A DNA stretch of 64,000 bases. Origin: Chthoniobacteraceae bacterium (GTDB lineage: Bacteria; Verrucomicrobiota; Verrucomicrobiia; Chthoniobacterales; Chthoniobacteraceae). The position numbers and the translations under genes are program-made. Each line of letters begins with the position of its first letter. Positions within the stretch are counted from its first letter, which is position 1. The notes under the pieces are model-generated. The model had not been told where the DNA came from. It made no database searches and was given only the letters and a program-made list of their open reading frames with translations. Below are positions 28,507-38,236 of the stretch, in pieces. Where the stretch lies: contig JBEKOV010000001.1 in NCBI GenBank assembly GCA_049521415.1, positions 28,808 to 92,807 of the forward strand, written 5' to 3'.

Positions 28507-28574
28507 CGGGCGCTGTTCTACGGCTTGCTCGCCGGGATGGGAACCGGTAGATTCCCCGAAGGAGGACATTCATA

Positions 28575-29573
28575 ATGAGCACTACAGCCACCGCGGAAGC
28601 GCCGCAGGCCACCACCCAATTGAGCCAGCTCGACCAGCTCAAACAATTCACAAAAGTCGTCGCCGATACCGGCGATTTCGAATCGATGCGGGCTTACAAG
28701 CCGCAGGACGCGACGACCAATCCCAGCCTTATCTACGCGGCGACGCAAAAGCAGGAGTACGCCTACATCCTCGATCAAGTCATCAAGGACCGGGCAAACT
28801 CGGGACTCACCGGGGCGGCGCGCATCGAGGACATTATCGATCACCTGCTCGTCGCATACGGACGGGATATTCTCGAGATCGTGCCGGGGCGAGTCTCGAC
28901 CGAGACGGATGCGCGGCTTTCCTTCGACGTGGCGGGATCCATCGCGAAGGGGCGGAGACTGATCGAGATTTACGAGAAATCCGGAATTTCGCGGGATCGT
29001 ATTCTCATCAAGATCGCCTCGACGTGGGAGGGTATCCACGCGGCGGAAATCCTGCAGAAGGAGGGCATCCACTGCAATCTGACGCTGCTCTTTTCGATGC
29101 CGCAGGCGGTGCGCTGCGGGGAGGCGCGTGTGCAACTCGTCTCGCCGTTCGTGGGTCGGATCTATGATTGGTACAAGGCGGCGATGAAGCGCGACTTCGT
29201 GGGCGCCGAGGACCCGGGCGTGAAATCGGTCACGGAGATTTACACGTACTACAAGAAATTCGGCTACTCGACGGAGGTGATGGGCGCGAGTTTTCGCAAC
29301 ATTGGACAGATCGTTGAATTGGCCGGATGCGACCTGCTGACGATCTCGCCGGAGTTGCTGGGTAAATTGGCGGAGAGCAACGAACCGGTCGTGCGCAAGC
29401 TGGATGCCGAGGCGGCGAAGACGGCAGACGTGAAGCGCATCAACCTGGACGAAAAAACTTTCCGCTTCATGCTCAACGAAGACGCGATGGCCACGGAGAA
29501 AACCGCCGAAGGCATTCGCAAATTCTCCGCCGATATCGTGAAGCTGGAGAAGTTTATTGCCGCGAAGCTGTAG
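28575..29573 (+). CDS. tal: transaldolase
   Basis: VVADTGDF and DATTNPSLI motifs, about 330-aa TalB type. Confidence 0.95.
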   Translation: MSTTATAEAPQATTQLSQLDQLKQFTKVVADTGDFESMRAYKPQDATTNPSLIYAATQKQEYAYILDQVIKDRANSGLTGAARIEDIIDHLLVAYGRDILEIVPGRVSTETDARLSFDVAGSIAKGRRLIEIYEKSGISRDRILIKIASTWEGIHAAEILQKEGIHCNLTLLFSMPQAVRCGEARVQLVSPFVGRIYDWYKAAMKRDFVGAEDPGVKSVTEIYTYYKKFGYSTEVMGASFRNIGQIVELAGCDLLTISPELLGKLAESNEPVVRKLDAEAAKTADVKRINLDEKTFRFMLNEDAMATEKTAEGIRKFSADIVKLEKFIAAKL

Positions 29574-30962
29574 TCAGTCCGGCTCCACGAACTTTCCCGG
29601 ATTCAGAATTCCCTTGGGATCGAGGGCTTTTTTGAGAGCGGCATGGACGTGGCGGCTCACTGGAGAGGTGGCCTCGGGCCACCAGCGCTTTTTCGCCAGG
29701 CCGACACCATGCTCGCCGGTGATGACGCCGCCCCAGGCGAGGACCTGGGCGAATAATTCATCCAGGGCGCGCCCGACTTGCTCGCGGATTTTTGGGTCGT
29801 CGTAGTTGGCGGCCATGATGTTCGTGTGGATGTTGCCGTCGCCGGCGTGGCCGAAACAGGCGACAGGAAAACCGTATTTCTTGCGCAGGCCGGCCGCGAA
29901 TTCGGCGAGGTCCACCAGGCGGCTGCGAGGGACGACGATATCCTCGTTCAGTTTTGTGAGGCCGGTGCTCTTGAGGGATTCGGAGAATTTCCGGCGCAAC
30001 TCCCAGAGACGTTCGGCTTCCTCATCGCCGAAAGCTTGATCGAGGTGAAGCGCGCCGAGGTCGCGCAATAGCGACGCGAGGGCGGCGGCTTCGCTTTTGA
30101 CCGAAGCCTCCTGGCCGTCGAGTTCGACCAGCAAGTGGCCTTCGCCCTCGGGGACGATCGCCGTCCCCAGATGCTCGCGCGCGGCATTGAGTGTGAAGGC
30201 ATCGGCCACCTCGAGCGCGGCGGGGAGATAGCCCGCGGCAAGGATGCGCTGCACGGCGTCGGAGGCCTGTCGCAACGCGGGAAAGCTTGCGGAAAGGACG
30301 GCGCGCGCCGGCGGCAGCGGGAGCAATCGCAGCGTGGCCTCGGTGACCACGCCGAGGAGGCCCTCCGAGCCGACGAACATGCCGATCAAATCGAAGCCGG
30401 TTTTGTTTTTGTGCGTGCGGCTGCCGGTGCGGAGGACTTCGCCGCCGGCCAGCACGACCTCGAGGCCGAGGACGTAATGACGGGTCACGCCATATTTCAT
30501 GCAGCGCGGACCGCCGGCGTTGGTGGCGATGTTGCCGCCGATGGAGCAATCCTTGAGGCTCGCAGGGTCCGGCGGGTAAAACAGCTTTTGCGCGCAGGCC
30601 GCCGCCTGGAGGTCGCCGGTAATGACGCCGGGTTCGACCACGGCGACGCCATCGGCGGCGTGGATTTCCTTGATCCGATTCATCCGCGCCAGCGATAGCG
30701 CGATGCCGCGGTGCGCCGGCACGCAGCCGCCGACGTAGCCGAAGCCGGCTCCGCGCGGGGTGATGGGGATTTCGTGTTCGTTCGCGAAACGGAGGATGGC
30801 GCCGACCATGTCCGTGCTCGTCGGGAAAACGGCGACATCGGGCAGCGTGCTGGCGAACCATTTGTCGCGGCTGAGGAGTTCGAGCGTCTCCACGTCATCG
30901 CGCACCGCATCCGGGCCAATGATCTCGGCGAGCCGGTCCCGCAACTGTAGGGGCGCGTTCAA
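29574..30962 (-). CDS. FAD-linked oxidase (glycolate oxidase GlcD / D-lactate dehydrogenase family)
   Basis: FAD_binding_4 N-domain (PRGAGFGYVGG) and C-terminal GVITGEHGVGLAK; convergent with tal with no gap. Confidence 0.85.
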   Translation of the reverse strand: MNAPLQLRDRLAEIIGPDAVRDDVETLELLSRDKWFASTLPDVAVFPTSTDMVGAILRFANEHEIPITPRGAGFGYVGGCVPAHRGIALSLARMNRIKEIHAADGVAVVEPGVITGDLQAAACAQKLFYPPDPASLKDCSIGGNIATNAGGPRCMKYGVTRHYVLGLEVVLAGGEVLRTGSRTHKNKTGFDLIGMFVGSEGLLGVVTEATLRLLPLPPARAVLSASFPALRQASDAVQRILAAGYLPAALEVADAFTLNAAREHLGTAIVPEGEGHLLVELDGQEASVKSEAAALASLLRDLGALHLDQAFGDEEAERLWELRRKFSESLKSTGLTKLNEDIVVPRSRLVDLAEFAAGLRKKYGFPVACFGHAGDGNIHTNIMAANYDDPKIREQVGRALDELFAQVLAWGGVITGEHGVGLAKKRWWPEATSPVSRHVHAALKKALDPKGILNPGKFVEPD

Positions 30963-31717
30963 AATGGGCTGTATTTTTCGATCGTCCGGCCCACGTTCTG
31001 AAAAGTTTTCACGATCGGGTTTGGCTGCTTTTGGGCGGCATGATGGTGGTGATGATGTTCCGGAGCGTTGTCGTCATCATCGTCCTGATCCGCGATGGGG
31101 CTCGCCGCGGCCACGGCGGCCATGGCCACCTCGGGGGCCGCGTAAGTCTCAAAGCGGGGCCCGTCTTTCATCTTCGTGCCCGGCGTGGCCGCTGGCGCGG
31201 GCTCGAGGGCAAAGCCGTCGTGCGACACGACATTGCCCTTGCCCGCGGTGACAACCACGACGCCGACCTTGTTTCCCTTGTCGTCCAGGCAGGTAACCGT
31301 CCACGCGGGCGCGGCGTCCGGACCATCTTTTTTCAATTCATAATTGATGCTCGTCACGATCGAGCCATTGGCGGCCGCATAATCATGCGCGAGCTTCGCC
31401 GCCCTGTCAGAGTCGAGGTTCAACGGCGCGGGGTCGATGATTTCATCGGGGGTGAGGGTCTGCGCGAATTGCGAGATCGAGCGCGAGGCGATGATTTCGC
31501 CATTGGACACCACCCATTCGTGCAAACCATTTTCGGCAGAGGGATTGTGGACGAGAATGTACCAGCGCTCCGGGTCCGGCGTGCCGTCGCGGCCCTCGAT
31601 GCGGGCGATGCGCGCGGCCTGGTCCTTCGGCAATTGCCTGACCGCGTCCAGCGCCGTCTCCGCGTGAGCGGCGTGCAGAAGCGCCAAGATCGCAACCATG
31701 AATAATTCGCGGCGCAT
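30959..31717 (-). CDS. secreted hypothetical protein with His-rich C-terminus
   Basis: Start MRRELFMVAILALLHAAHA (ATG 31717); tail EHHHHHHAAQ; 4-nt overlap with the downstream oxidase. Confidence 0.5.
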   Translation of the reverse strand: MRRELFMVAILALLHAAHAETALDAVRQLPKDQAARIARIEGRDGTPDPERWYILVHNPSAENGLHEWVVSNGEIIASRSISQFAQTLTPDEIIDPAPLNLDSDRAAKLAHDYAAANGSIVTSINYELKKDGPDAAPAWTVTCLDDKGNKVGVVVVTAGKGNVVSHDGFALEPAPAATPGTKMKDGPRFETYAAPEVAMAAVAAASPIADQDDDDDNAPEHHHHHHAAQKQPNPIVKTFQNVGRTIEKYSPF

Positions 31718-31770
31718 CCGGGAAATCTGGAGCCGCCCGCCGAAAAAATAAAGCGGCCTTTTGAGAACGA

Positions 31771-32820
31771 TTACGCCGCGGGCGGCGGGTCCGGCGTCCA
31801 TGCGGGAAGCGGCGCGACGAGGTTGGTCGGGAGAGGCCATGCCTTTTCGTAAATGCGCGGGGCGAGGAGATTCGCATTTTGATACGCGGCGGAGACCATC
31901 TCCATTTTTGCGTCGAGATTATCGAGGTAATGGAGGGCGAAGGCTTCCGGCGTTTTTGGCGCGACCGGCGAGCCGTATTGCAACTCGCCATGGTGGGAGA
32001 GAATCAGATGCGTGAGGTGCAGCCGGATGTCGTCTGTGCGCGGAGACATGGTTTTCCACTGCTCGTACCCGGGGAGTTTTTCGAGCTGGCGCCAGAGGCG
32101 GTTGGTCAATTCCATGCCGATGGCGATGTGACCCATCAATTCGCCGCGCTCATCGTAGGGCATCACGAAGCCGTCGGCGGGGAGCGAATTTTCCCACAGT
32201 TTTCCCGAGTCGTGCAGCAGGACGCCGGCGGTCATGAGGTCGTGGTTGAGCATCGGGTAGGCGGGGCAGAGGGCTTCGGAGGCGCGCATCATCTGCGCGG
32301 TGTGCTCGACGAGGCCGCCGCGGCGGGCGTGGTGATTGTTGCGCGCGGCGGCGGTGCGGCGGAAGCGCTCGCCCAATTCCTCGAGGAACATGGCGCAGAC
32401 CGCTCCAAGGCGCGGATCGGCGATGCGCGAGACGCACTCGACGATATATTCGTAATCGCGCGCCTGTTTGTCGCGCAGCGACTTTGGGCCGGCGAGGAGG
32501 GATTCGACTTCGTCGGGATCGAGCGGGCGGCAGGCCCACGATTTGGCGTCGAGACCGAAATTGAGGCTGGATTCGAATTCGCCGGTGACCTCAACAAACG
32601 CGCCCTGCTGAAGTTCGAGGCATTGCTTGTAGGCGGGGGAGTCGCTCCATGCGCGCAGGGGGAAGCGGGATTCGGCGTCGGCGAGGATGAGCTCCCAATA
32701 CGGCTTGCGCTGCTGGGTTTCCTTTTGGACGAGCGAATAAATCTGGCCGTGGACGCGCGCGGCGGTCCGTCCCCGCTGGGCTTCGGTGCGCAGTTCGGAG
32801 ATGGAAAGGAGGTGAACCAT
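31771..32820 (-). CDS. OB-fold plus HD-domain phosphohydrolase (YhaM-like 3'-5' exoribonuclease family)
   Basis: Start MVHLLSISEL (ATG 32820); HD motifs HHARRGGLVEHT and LLHDSGK, LSHHGE. Confidence 0.75.
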   Translation of the reverse strand: MVHLLSISELRTEAQRGRTAARVHGQIYSLVQKETQQRKPYWELILADAESRFPLRAWSDSPAYKQCLELQQGAFVEVTGEFESSLNFGLDAKSWACRPLDPDEVESLLAGPKSLRDKQARDYEYIVECVSRIADPRLGAVCAMFLEELGERFRRTAAARNNHHARRGGLVEHTAQMMRASEALCPAYPMLNHDLMTAGVLLHDSGKLWENSLPADGFVMPYDERGELMGHIAIGMELTNRLWRQLEKLPGYEQWKTMSPRTDDIRLHLTHLILSHHGELQYGSPVAPKTPEAFALHYLDNLDAKMEMVSAAYQNANLLAPRIYEKAWPLPTNLVAPLPAWTPDPPPAA

Positions 32821-32872
32821 GAATAAGGGTAACGCTTTGGACGGGGTCAGGTAAATGGCGGATTGAGAGCGG

Positions 32873-33787
32873 CTACGGCGCGGCCATGCGCCAGGAGATC
32901 GCCAGCAGGGCGGCGGCACTCCAGGCGAGGATGACCTGGGCCGCCGGCCGGGTCCGGGAGCCGAGGCGCAGCCAGACGCCCACGATCCCGAAGGGCACGC
33001 CGGCCAGAAGGCCGAAGAAATGGGCCATGTAATCGGTCTGCTGATCGCCGACGCCGAGATAGGCGAGGAGGCCCAGGCCGGCGCCGACGGGCAGGAGGAA
33101 TTCGCGCAGGCGGACAGCGCGCAGCGAGAGTGTGCGGGCCGTGCATTGCGCGGCGACCATGATCCCCAGCGCGGCGAACACGGCGGTCGAGGCGCCGATG
33201 GAAAGGTGCTCGACGCCGCGATGGCCCCATGCGTTGAGCCAATTGCCGATGCCGCCGGCGAGGACGACGAAGAGCCACGTCCATCCGGAGCCGAGGATGG
33301 GAAGAAGGAATGCGGCGAACACGAGCCCGACGGCGAGATTCGCGCCGAGATGCCCAAGGCCCGCGTGCAGCGTGAGGGCGGTAAAGGCGCGCCACCATTC
33401 GCCGGCCATGATCGCGCGGCTGGAGGCGGCGCCACGATCTTCCCACCAGGGCGGTCCGGCAATCTGGATGGCGTAGAATCCGCACAGGATCCAGCCGCAC
33501 GCGTAGAGGGAGACCGTGGAGTGAGGCGCAGTTTCGGCCGGGAGGGGCGAGGGAAGTTTCTCGCGCCGCTCAGACTCGAAGCGCGCGAGCTCCGCGGCGA
33601 CTTCCGCCGCCCGGGGCGGGTCCACGCAGAGGGCGAATGCGCCTTCGTGGCGCACTATCCAATGCGGGGTCTCCATGGCGGAAACGACCAGCGACCGTTC
33701 GTAGGCGCCGGTGCGGGTCTCGTATATGCCGACCACGGCGAGGATGCGCCCGTCATGCGCCGTGATCTCCGGAAAGGCGCCGTTCAC
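32873..33787 (-). CDS. rhomboid family intramembrane serine protease
   Basis: GTG 33787 overlaps the esterase stop (GTGA); catalytic GASTAVF serine motif and HFFGLLAG histidine motif; multiple TM helices. Confidence 0.8.
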   Translation of the reverse strand: MNGAFPEITAHDGRILAVVGIYETRTGAYERSLVVSAMETPHWIVRHEGAFALCVDPPRAAEVAAELARFESERREKLPSPLPAETAPHSTVSLYACGWILCGFYAIQIAGPPWWEDRGAASSRAIMAGEWWRAFTALTLHAGLGHLGANLAVGLVFAAFLLPILGSGWTWLFVVLAGGIGNWLNAWGHRGVEHLSIGASTAVFAALGIMVAAQCTARTLSLRAVRLREFLLPVGAGLGLLAYLGVGDQQTDYMAHFFGLLAGVPFGIVGVWLRLGSRTRPAAQVILAWSAAALLAISWRMAAP

Positions 33788-34833
33788 GGGCCCGGGAAGA
33801 GAAGAGGAGCAAAGCGCTCGAAATAATCGCGCCACGTTCGCCACGAATGGGTGGTGTCGTCCTCGTGATAGGTGCAGGCGATTCCGCCGGCGTCGAGCGT
33901 GCGGCGCAGGAGCGCGCAGTGCTCGAAAAGGAAATCGCGCCTGCCGATGCCGACCCAGAGCGGGCCGGGAGGGTTCTGGCGCAGCCCGGGCAGCGCCTCC
34001 TCGAGCAGCGGAGTGATCTCCGGCCAGAGTCCGGATGAGAACAGGCCAAAGGCGCTGAACATCCCGGGGTGGGTCATGCCCGTGCTGATTGTCTGGCCTC
34101 CGCCCATGGAGAGACCGGCCATCGCGCGGTGGCCCGCGTCGGAGCGGACGCGGTAGAGCCGCTCGGCCTCGGGTATGACGTGGGCGTAAAAATCGGCGGC
34201 GAAAGCGCGAAGCTTCGTGCCGCGATGCTCCTTCCAATTGGCGCCGAGGACGTGGCCATCGGGCATGACGATTACCATCGGCCGGGCACGACCCCCGGCC
34301 AACAGATTGTCCATGATGAAATTGACGCGGCCTGTTCGCACCCAGCTTTCGTCGTCGTCGCCGGCGCCGTGGAGGAGGTAGAGGACGGGGTATTGCGCGG
34401 CGTCCGCGTGGTATCCAGGCGGGGTATAGACGTGCATGCGGCGGAGGGTCCCCGTGACGGCGGAGGGGTACCAATGGACGTGAACGGCGCCGTGGGCCGC
34501 GTCGCGCGGCTCGAGCAGGCGCGGGCCGGGGACGTGGACGAAAGAGGAGAAACGATTCTTGGCCGCCGAGTTCTTGTAATCGACCACGAGGGCGCCATCG
34601 GCAATGATCGAGTACTCGTAGAGGTCCGGCGGAAGCGGCTCCGAGGTGAAGCTCCAAATGCCCTCGGGGCCGCCGCGCATCGCCACGGGCTCCCAATCAT
34701 TCCAGTCAGCCTTGCACCAGACCGCGCGGGCCGTGGGATGATAATAGCGGATGGTCACGCGGCCCTCGGCGGACACTTCGGGCGAAAGATAATCAGGGAC
34801 CTCGAGTGTGCGACTGGGGGGGATGGTCACCAT
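33784..34833 (-). CDS. esterase (alpha/beta hydrolase, putative esterase family with N-terminal E-set/CBM48-like domain)
   Basis: LLHGAGDDDESW and nucleophile elbow GLSMGG. Confidence 0.8.
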   Translation of the reverse strand: MVTIPPSRTLEVPDYLSPEVSAEGRVTIRYYHPTARAVWCKADWNDWEPVAMRGGPEGIWSFTSEPLPPDLYEYSIIADGALVVDYKNSAAKNRFSSFVHVPGPRLLEPRDAAHGAVHVHWYPSAVTGTLRRMHVYTPPGYHADAAQYPVLYLLHGAGDDDESWVRTGRVNFIMDNLLAGGRARPMVIVMPDGHVLGANWKEHRGTKLRAFAADFYAHVIPEAERLYRVRSDAGHRAMAGLSMGGGQTISTGMTHPGMFSAFGLFSSGLWPEITPLLEEALPGLRQNPPGPLWVGIGRRDFLFEHCALLRRTLDAGGIACTYHEDDTTHSWRTWRDYFERFAPLLFPGP

Positions 34834-34836
34834 GGG

Positions 34837-35217
34837 TCAGGGCCGGCGGTTTGCGGGGCAAACGCGGCGGCGTCCCTTGCGGTGCGCCTCGATTTTTGGC
34901 ACATATTTTTCCGCCCACAGGCAGATGCCGTGGAGTGGCTTGACCAGCGTCCGCCCGAGCGGGGTGAGGGAATATTCAACCATGGGCGGGATAACAGGAT
35001 ATACCTTGCGGGCGATGACGCCATCTTCCTCGAGCGCGCGCAATGTCTGGGTGAGCATCTTCTGCGAGATGCCGGCAACCTCGCGCTGCAGCTCGTTGTA
35101 ACGCAAGGTGCGCGCGGCGAGCGAGCGAATGATGAGAGCGGTCCATTTATCGCAGATGAGCGTAAGAACGGCGCGGGAGGGGCAACTGGGTCTCAGGACG
35201 CACGGTCGTAGAAGCAT
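34837..35217 (-). CDS. HxlR family transcriptional regulator
   Basis: Start MLLRPC (ATG 35217); CPSRAVLTLICDKWTALIIRSL...RYNELQREVAGISQKMLTQTLRALEEDGVI...EYSLTPLG. Confidence 0.85.
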   Translation of the reverse strand: MLLRPCVLRPSCPSRAVLTLICDKWTALIIRSLAARTLRYNELQREVAGISQKMLTQTLRALEEDGVIARKVYPVIPPMVEYSLTPLGRTLVKPLHGICLWAEKYVPKIEAHRKGRRRVCPANRRP

Positions 35218-35342
35218 TCGCGACAATGTACCGCCGCCCACGCCGAAAACAATCCATATCGCATATAACACGCCAAACGTAATGTACATCCTATAAATGG
35301 TGTATTTGACAGATCCGCTGTGTCGTTCCACATTGCCGCCTG

Positions 35343-36407
35343 ATGAAAATACCCGCGAAATACCAGGGTGTGCGCGGCCCGAGCCTGGGCGCGCTCGAAC
35401 CATTCCAGTCCCAAGGCCCAGAGGAAGCCGCCCCGGACGCGGCCCTCATGGACGCTTATTCCAGCGCGGTCACGGCGGCTGTCGAGAAGGCCAGCGCGAG
35501 CGTCGTCAATATCGAGGTCCGCCAGCAGACCTCCCATGGCGGTCATGCGACCGAAGCCGGGGGCTCCGGCTCCGGATTCATCCTCAGCCGGGACGGTTTC
35601 ATTCTCACCAATTCCCACGTCGTTCACGGCGCCTCGCGGATACGCGTCGCGCTCGTCGATGGCCGCGAGTACCCGGCCGACCTGATCGGCGACGACCCGG
35701 ACACCGATCTGGCGGTCATTCGTATCGACGCGCCCGGCCTGGTGCAGGCGGAGCTGGGCGAATCCGCCGCGCTGCGCCCGGGGCAGCTTGTCGTTGCGAT
35801 CGGCAATCCATACGGGTTCCAGACCACCGTCACGGCGGGAGTCGTCAGCGCGCTCGGGCGTTCGCTGCGGGCGCAGACCGGGCGGTTGATCGACAACGTC
35901 ATCCAGACCGACGCGGCGCTCAATCCTGGCAACTCCGGCGGACCGCTGGTCGATTCGCTCGGGCGCGTGGTGGGGGTCAATACGGCCATCATCCGTCCGG
36001 CCCAGGGTATTTGTTTCGCCACGGCCATCGATACGGCGAAATTCGTCGCCGGCTGGCTCATCAAGGAGGGGAAGTTCCGTCGCGCGGTCATTGGCGTGGC
36101 GGGGCAGGACGTGCCGTTGCATCGGCGCGTGGTCCGGTTTTACGGGCTGCCGACCGAGACCGGGGTGCTCGTGGTCGATCTCGAGAAGGACAGCCCGGGC
36201 GAAAAAGCGGGCCTGCAATCGGGCGACGTGATCATCGGATACAACGATGCGCCGGTGGCCAGCATCGCCGCGCTGCACAAGCTGCTCGTGGCCAGGGAGA
36301 TTGGCGTTGAGTCGTACCTGACGGTCATCCGCCACACGGAGAAGCTTCGGTTTGCCATCACGCCGCAGGAATCGCGCAATAATGTGCTGGACCTGGCCGT
36401 GCGATAG
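35343..36407 (+). CDS. HtrA/DegP-type trypsin-like serine protease with PDZ domain
   Basis: Catalytic His TNSHVV, Asp DLAVIRI, Ser GNSGGPLVD; C-terminal PDZ (GLQSGDVIIGYN). No obvious signal peptide. Confidence 0.9.
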   Translation: MKIPAKYQGVRGPSLGALEPFQSQGPEEAAPDAALMDAYSSAVTAAVEKASASVVNIEVRQQTSHGGHATEAGGSGSGFILSRDGFILTNSHVVHGASRIRVALVDGREYPADLIGDDPDTDLAVIRIDAPGLVQAELGESAALRPGQLVVAIGNPYGFQTTVTAGVVSALGRSLRAQTGRLIDNVIQTDAALNPGNSGGPLVDSLGRVVGVNTAIIRPAQGICFATAIDTAKFVAGWLIKEGKFRRAVIGVAGQDVPLHRRVVRFYGLPTETGVLVVDLEKDSPGEKAGLQSGDVIIGYNDAPVASIAALHKLLVAREIGVESYLTVIRHTEKLRFAITPQESRNNVLDLAVR

Positions 36408-36423
36408 GGCCGCCCGACAGCCG

Positions 36424-36678
36424 CTAAAGGATCATCATCCCCCGGTCCGGGGGTGGGGCGGACGGCGCCGGAGGCGAGAAGGGCGGACCCACGGAACTGT
36501 GGGTGAGCGAGCGGTCAAAGATCGCGGAGACCATCCGCGGCGTGGTCGGGAAGAGCGCCTCGCGCAGCTCCTCGGTCATGGCCAGGGACTCGTAGATCGG
36601 GGACTCCTCGGTACGCGCTTCGGCGTTGGCTGGCAGCGCCGCCGCCTTCCTGAAGATGCTGGTCAGGGTCTTGAACAT
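36424..36678 (-). CDS. hypothetical small protein
   Basis: ORF only; start at MFKTLTSIF chosen; Pro-rich tail. Confidence 0.25.
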   Translation of the reverse strand: MFKTLTSIFRKAAALPANAEARTEESPIYESLAMTEELREALFPTTPRMVSAIFDRSLTHSSVGPPFSPPAPSAPPPDRGMMIL

Positions 36679-36838
36679 GGCAAAGGACTCGATTGGACTA
36701 GCACCCGACGTGCCACGGGATGGCGCACCGGGTTCGCTCTTTCTCAAATCGGAGACTGCGCACCGGGGCATAGAGGCTGCTTTTAGGTAAGGCCATCCGG
36801 AGGCCTCTACGAGGGGCGGCTGGCATCAATGCTGCTCC

Positions 36839-37354
36839 TTGCGCAGTCTTGCCATGGGACCAGATCAGCCACTTCCAAACTCAGGCCGCCTTCATTGCGG
36901 CTCGCGCCGCCGGCTGGCCGGGCTGACGCTGGTCGAGGTCATGGTGTCCGCAGCCATGATCGGGCTGACGTGCACGGTGGTCATGTTCGCGTTCGCGCAA
37001 TTGAATCAGATGTCGATGATCACGCGCCTGTACTCGGGCGCCTGCACCTATGCGCAAAGCCAGATCGACTATCTGGACACCGTCACCCCATTTCAGCCCC
37101 AAAACTCCTCCGTTCCCGCCGGGCTCACTCCCGGAACAACCACGACAAATGTCACCGTATATCAGGATCCCATCTCCGGATTCACCATTAACGGAACGAT
37201 GACGACGACCGTCTCCACCGCCAATACCAGTTACACGAGCGGCTCGACGACGGACACCCTTTACCTCTACTCGGCAACAGTGACGGTGACTTACCAGTAC
37301 CGCGACCGGAATTACACGGTTTCCCTTTCAACCTGCCGGACCTCGGACGTATGA
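36839..37354 (+). CDS. prepilin-type N-terminal cleavage/methylation domain protein (pseudopilin)
   Basis: G/LTLVEVMVSAAMIGL class III signal-like motif. Confidence 0.75.
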   Translation: MRSLAMGPDQPLPNSGRLHCGSRRRLAGLTLVEVMVSAAMIGLTCTVVMFAFAQLNQMSMITRLYSGACTYAQSQIDYLDTVTPFQPQNSSVPAGLTPGTTTTNVTVYQDPISGFTINGTMTTTVSTANTSYTSGSTTDTLYLYSATVTVTYQYRDRNYTVSLSTCRTSDV

Positions 37355-38235
37355 CCCTTCGCATTTCGCGCAAATTCAAGGCCTTTACACTCATCGAGTG
37401 CGTTATGGCCATGATCTCGGTCGGGGCCGTCGGTCTGGCCATCCTTTACACGCTCTTTTCCGGATTTCTCCTGTTCACCAAGAACACGGCGATGAATGTC
37501 TCCCACGAGGAGGCCCGCGTGGCGCTCATCCAACTCCAGCAGGATTTGCACACCGCGGTCTCGCTCCCGGAGTTGACCGACAGCGCCTGCAATATCTATA
37601 CGTCCGGCACGTTCCAGGGTCCCGCGGCAGGAGTGGAGTTTCAAGTGCTGGTTGATAACAACCAGTATTGCGCGATCGCGGCAAATGTCACCTTGGGCTC
37701 CAGCACCGTCACGGTCGGACTGCCATCCGGATATCCGACGCCGAACACCGCCATGCGGTTGATTGTCCCGGCTTACACGCTCGAGAGCAACCTCAGCGCC
37801 GTCTCTGTGAGCGGCACCGTGGCCACCTGCACCTTGTCGGGCACCACCTGCCCCAACAATATCAACGTAACAGGCAATAACGTGGTCGCCTTCTTTACGC
37901 AGCGCGTCTATTACTGGGTGACGACAGATCCGAACCTGCCGAACATGATCACCGATCGCCAGGGGGACACCTCTCCGGCCCTGCAACTCAATTACCAGGG
38001 AGTCAACAGGAACAAGACTTATGTCATGGCCGCCTCGGGAATTGAGGACACGCAGCCCTTTAGCATTCCGAATACAAACACCGGCGCGCCGCAATATAAC
38101 AACGTGGTGGCTGTCGGGCTTTCTGCCGTGGATGTCGGCACGACCGCGCTGATCACACGTTTCGGCTTCAATACCTCGAGCATCATGCTCAGCGGGTCCA
38201 TACCGGCCTATTCACAACTTACCTTTTACCAATAA
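37351..38235 (+). CDS. prepilin-type N-terminal domain protein (pseudopilin)
   Basis: KAFTLIECVMAMISVGAVGLAIL motif; ATGA overlap with the previous gene. Confidence 0.7.
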   Translation: MTLRISRKFKAFTLIECVMAMISVGAVGLAILYTLFSGFLLFTKNTAMNVSHEEARVALIQLQQDLHTAVSLPELTDSACNIYTSGTFQGPAAGVEFQVLVDNNQYCAIAANVTLGSSTVTVGLPSGYPTPNTAMRLIVPAYTLESNLSAVSVSGTVATCTLSGTTCPNNINVTGNNVVAFFTQRVYYWVTTDPNLPNMITDRQGDTSPALQLNYQGVNRNKTYVMAASGIEDTQPFSIPNTNTGAPQYNNVVAVGLSAVDVGTTALITRFGFNTSSIMLSGSIPAYSQLTFYQ

Positions 38236-38236
38236 C

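Noticed and set aside
27130-28569. 479-aa minus-strand ORF
   Set aside because: Antisense shadow of lpdA. It is Arg-rich with no motifs, whereas lpdA has unambiguous FAD and disulfide motifs.
31771-34696. N-terminal extensions of the 563-aa and 607-aa minus-strand ORFs
   Set aside because: The extensions are Pro/Arg/Ser-rich and overlap the upstream genes. Internal starts (ATG 32820, GTG 33787) give clean HD-domain and rhomboid proteins, with start/stop coupling for the rhomboid gene.
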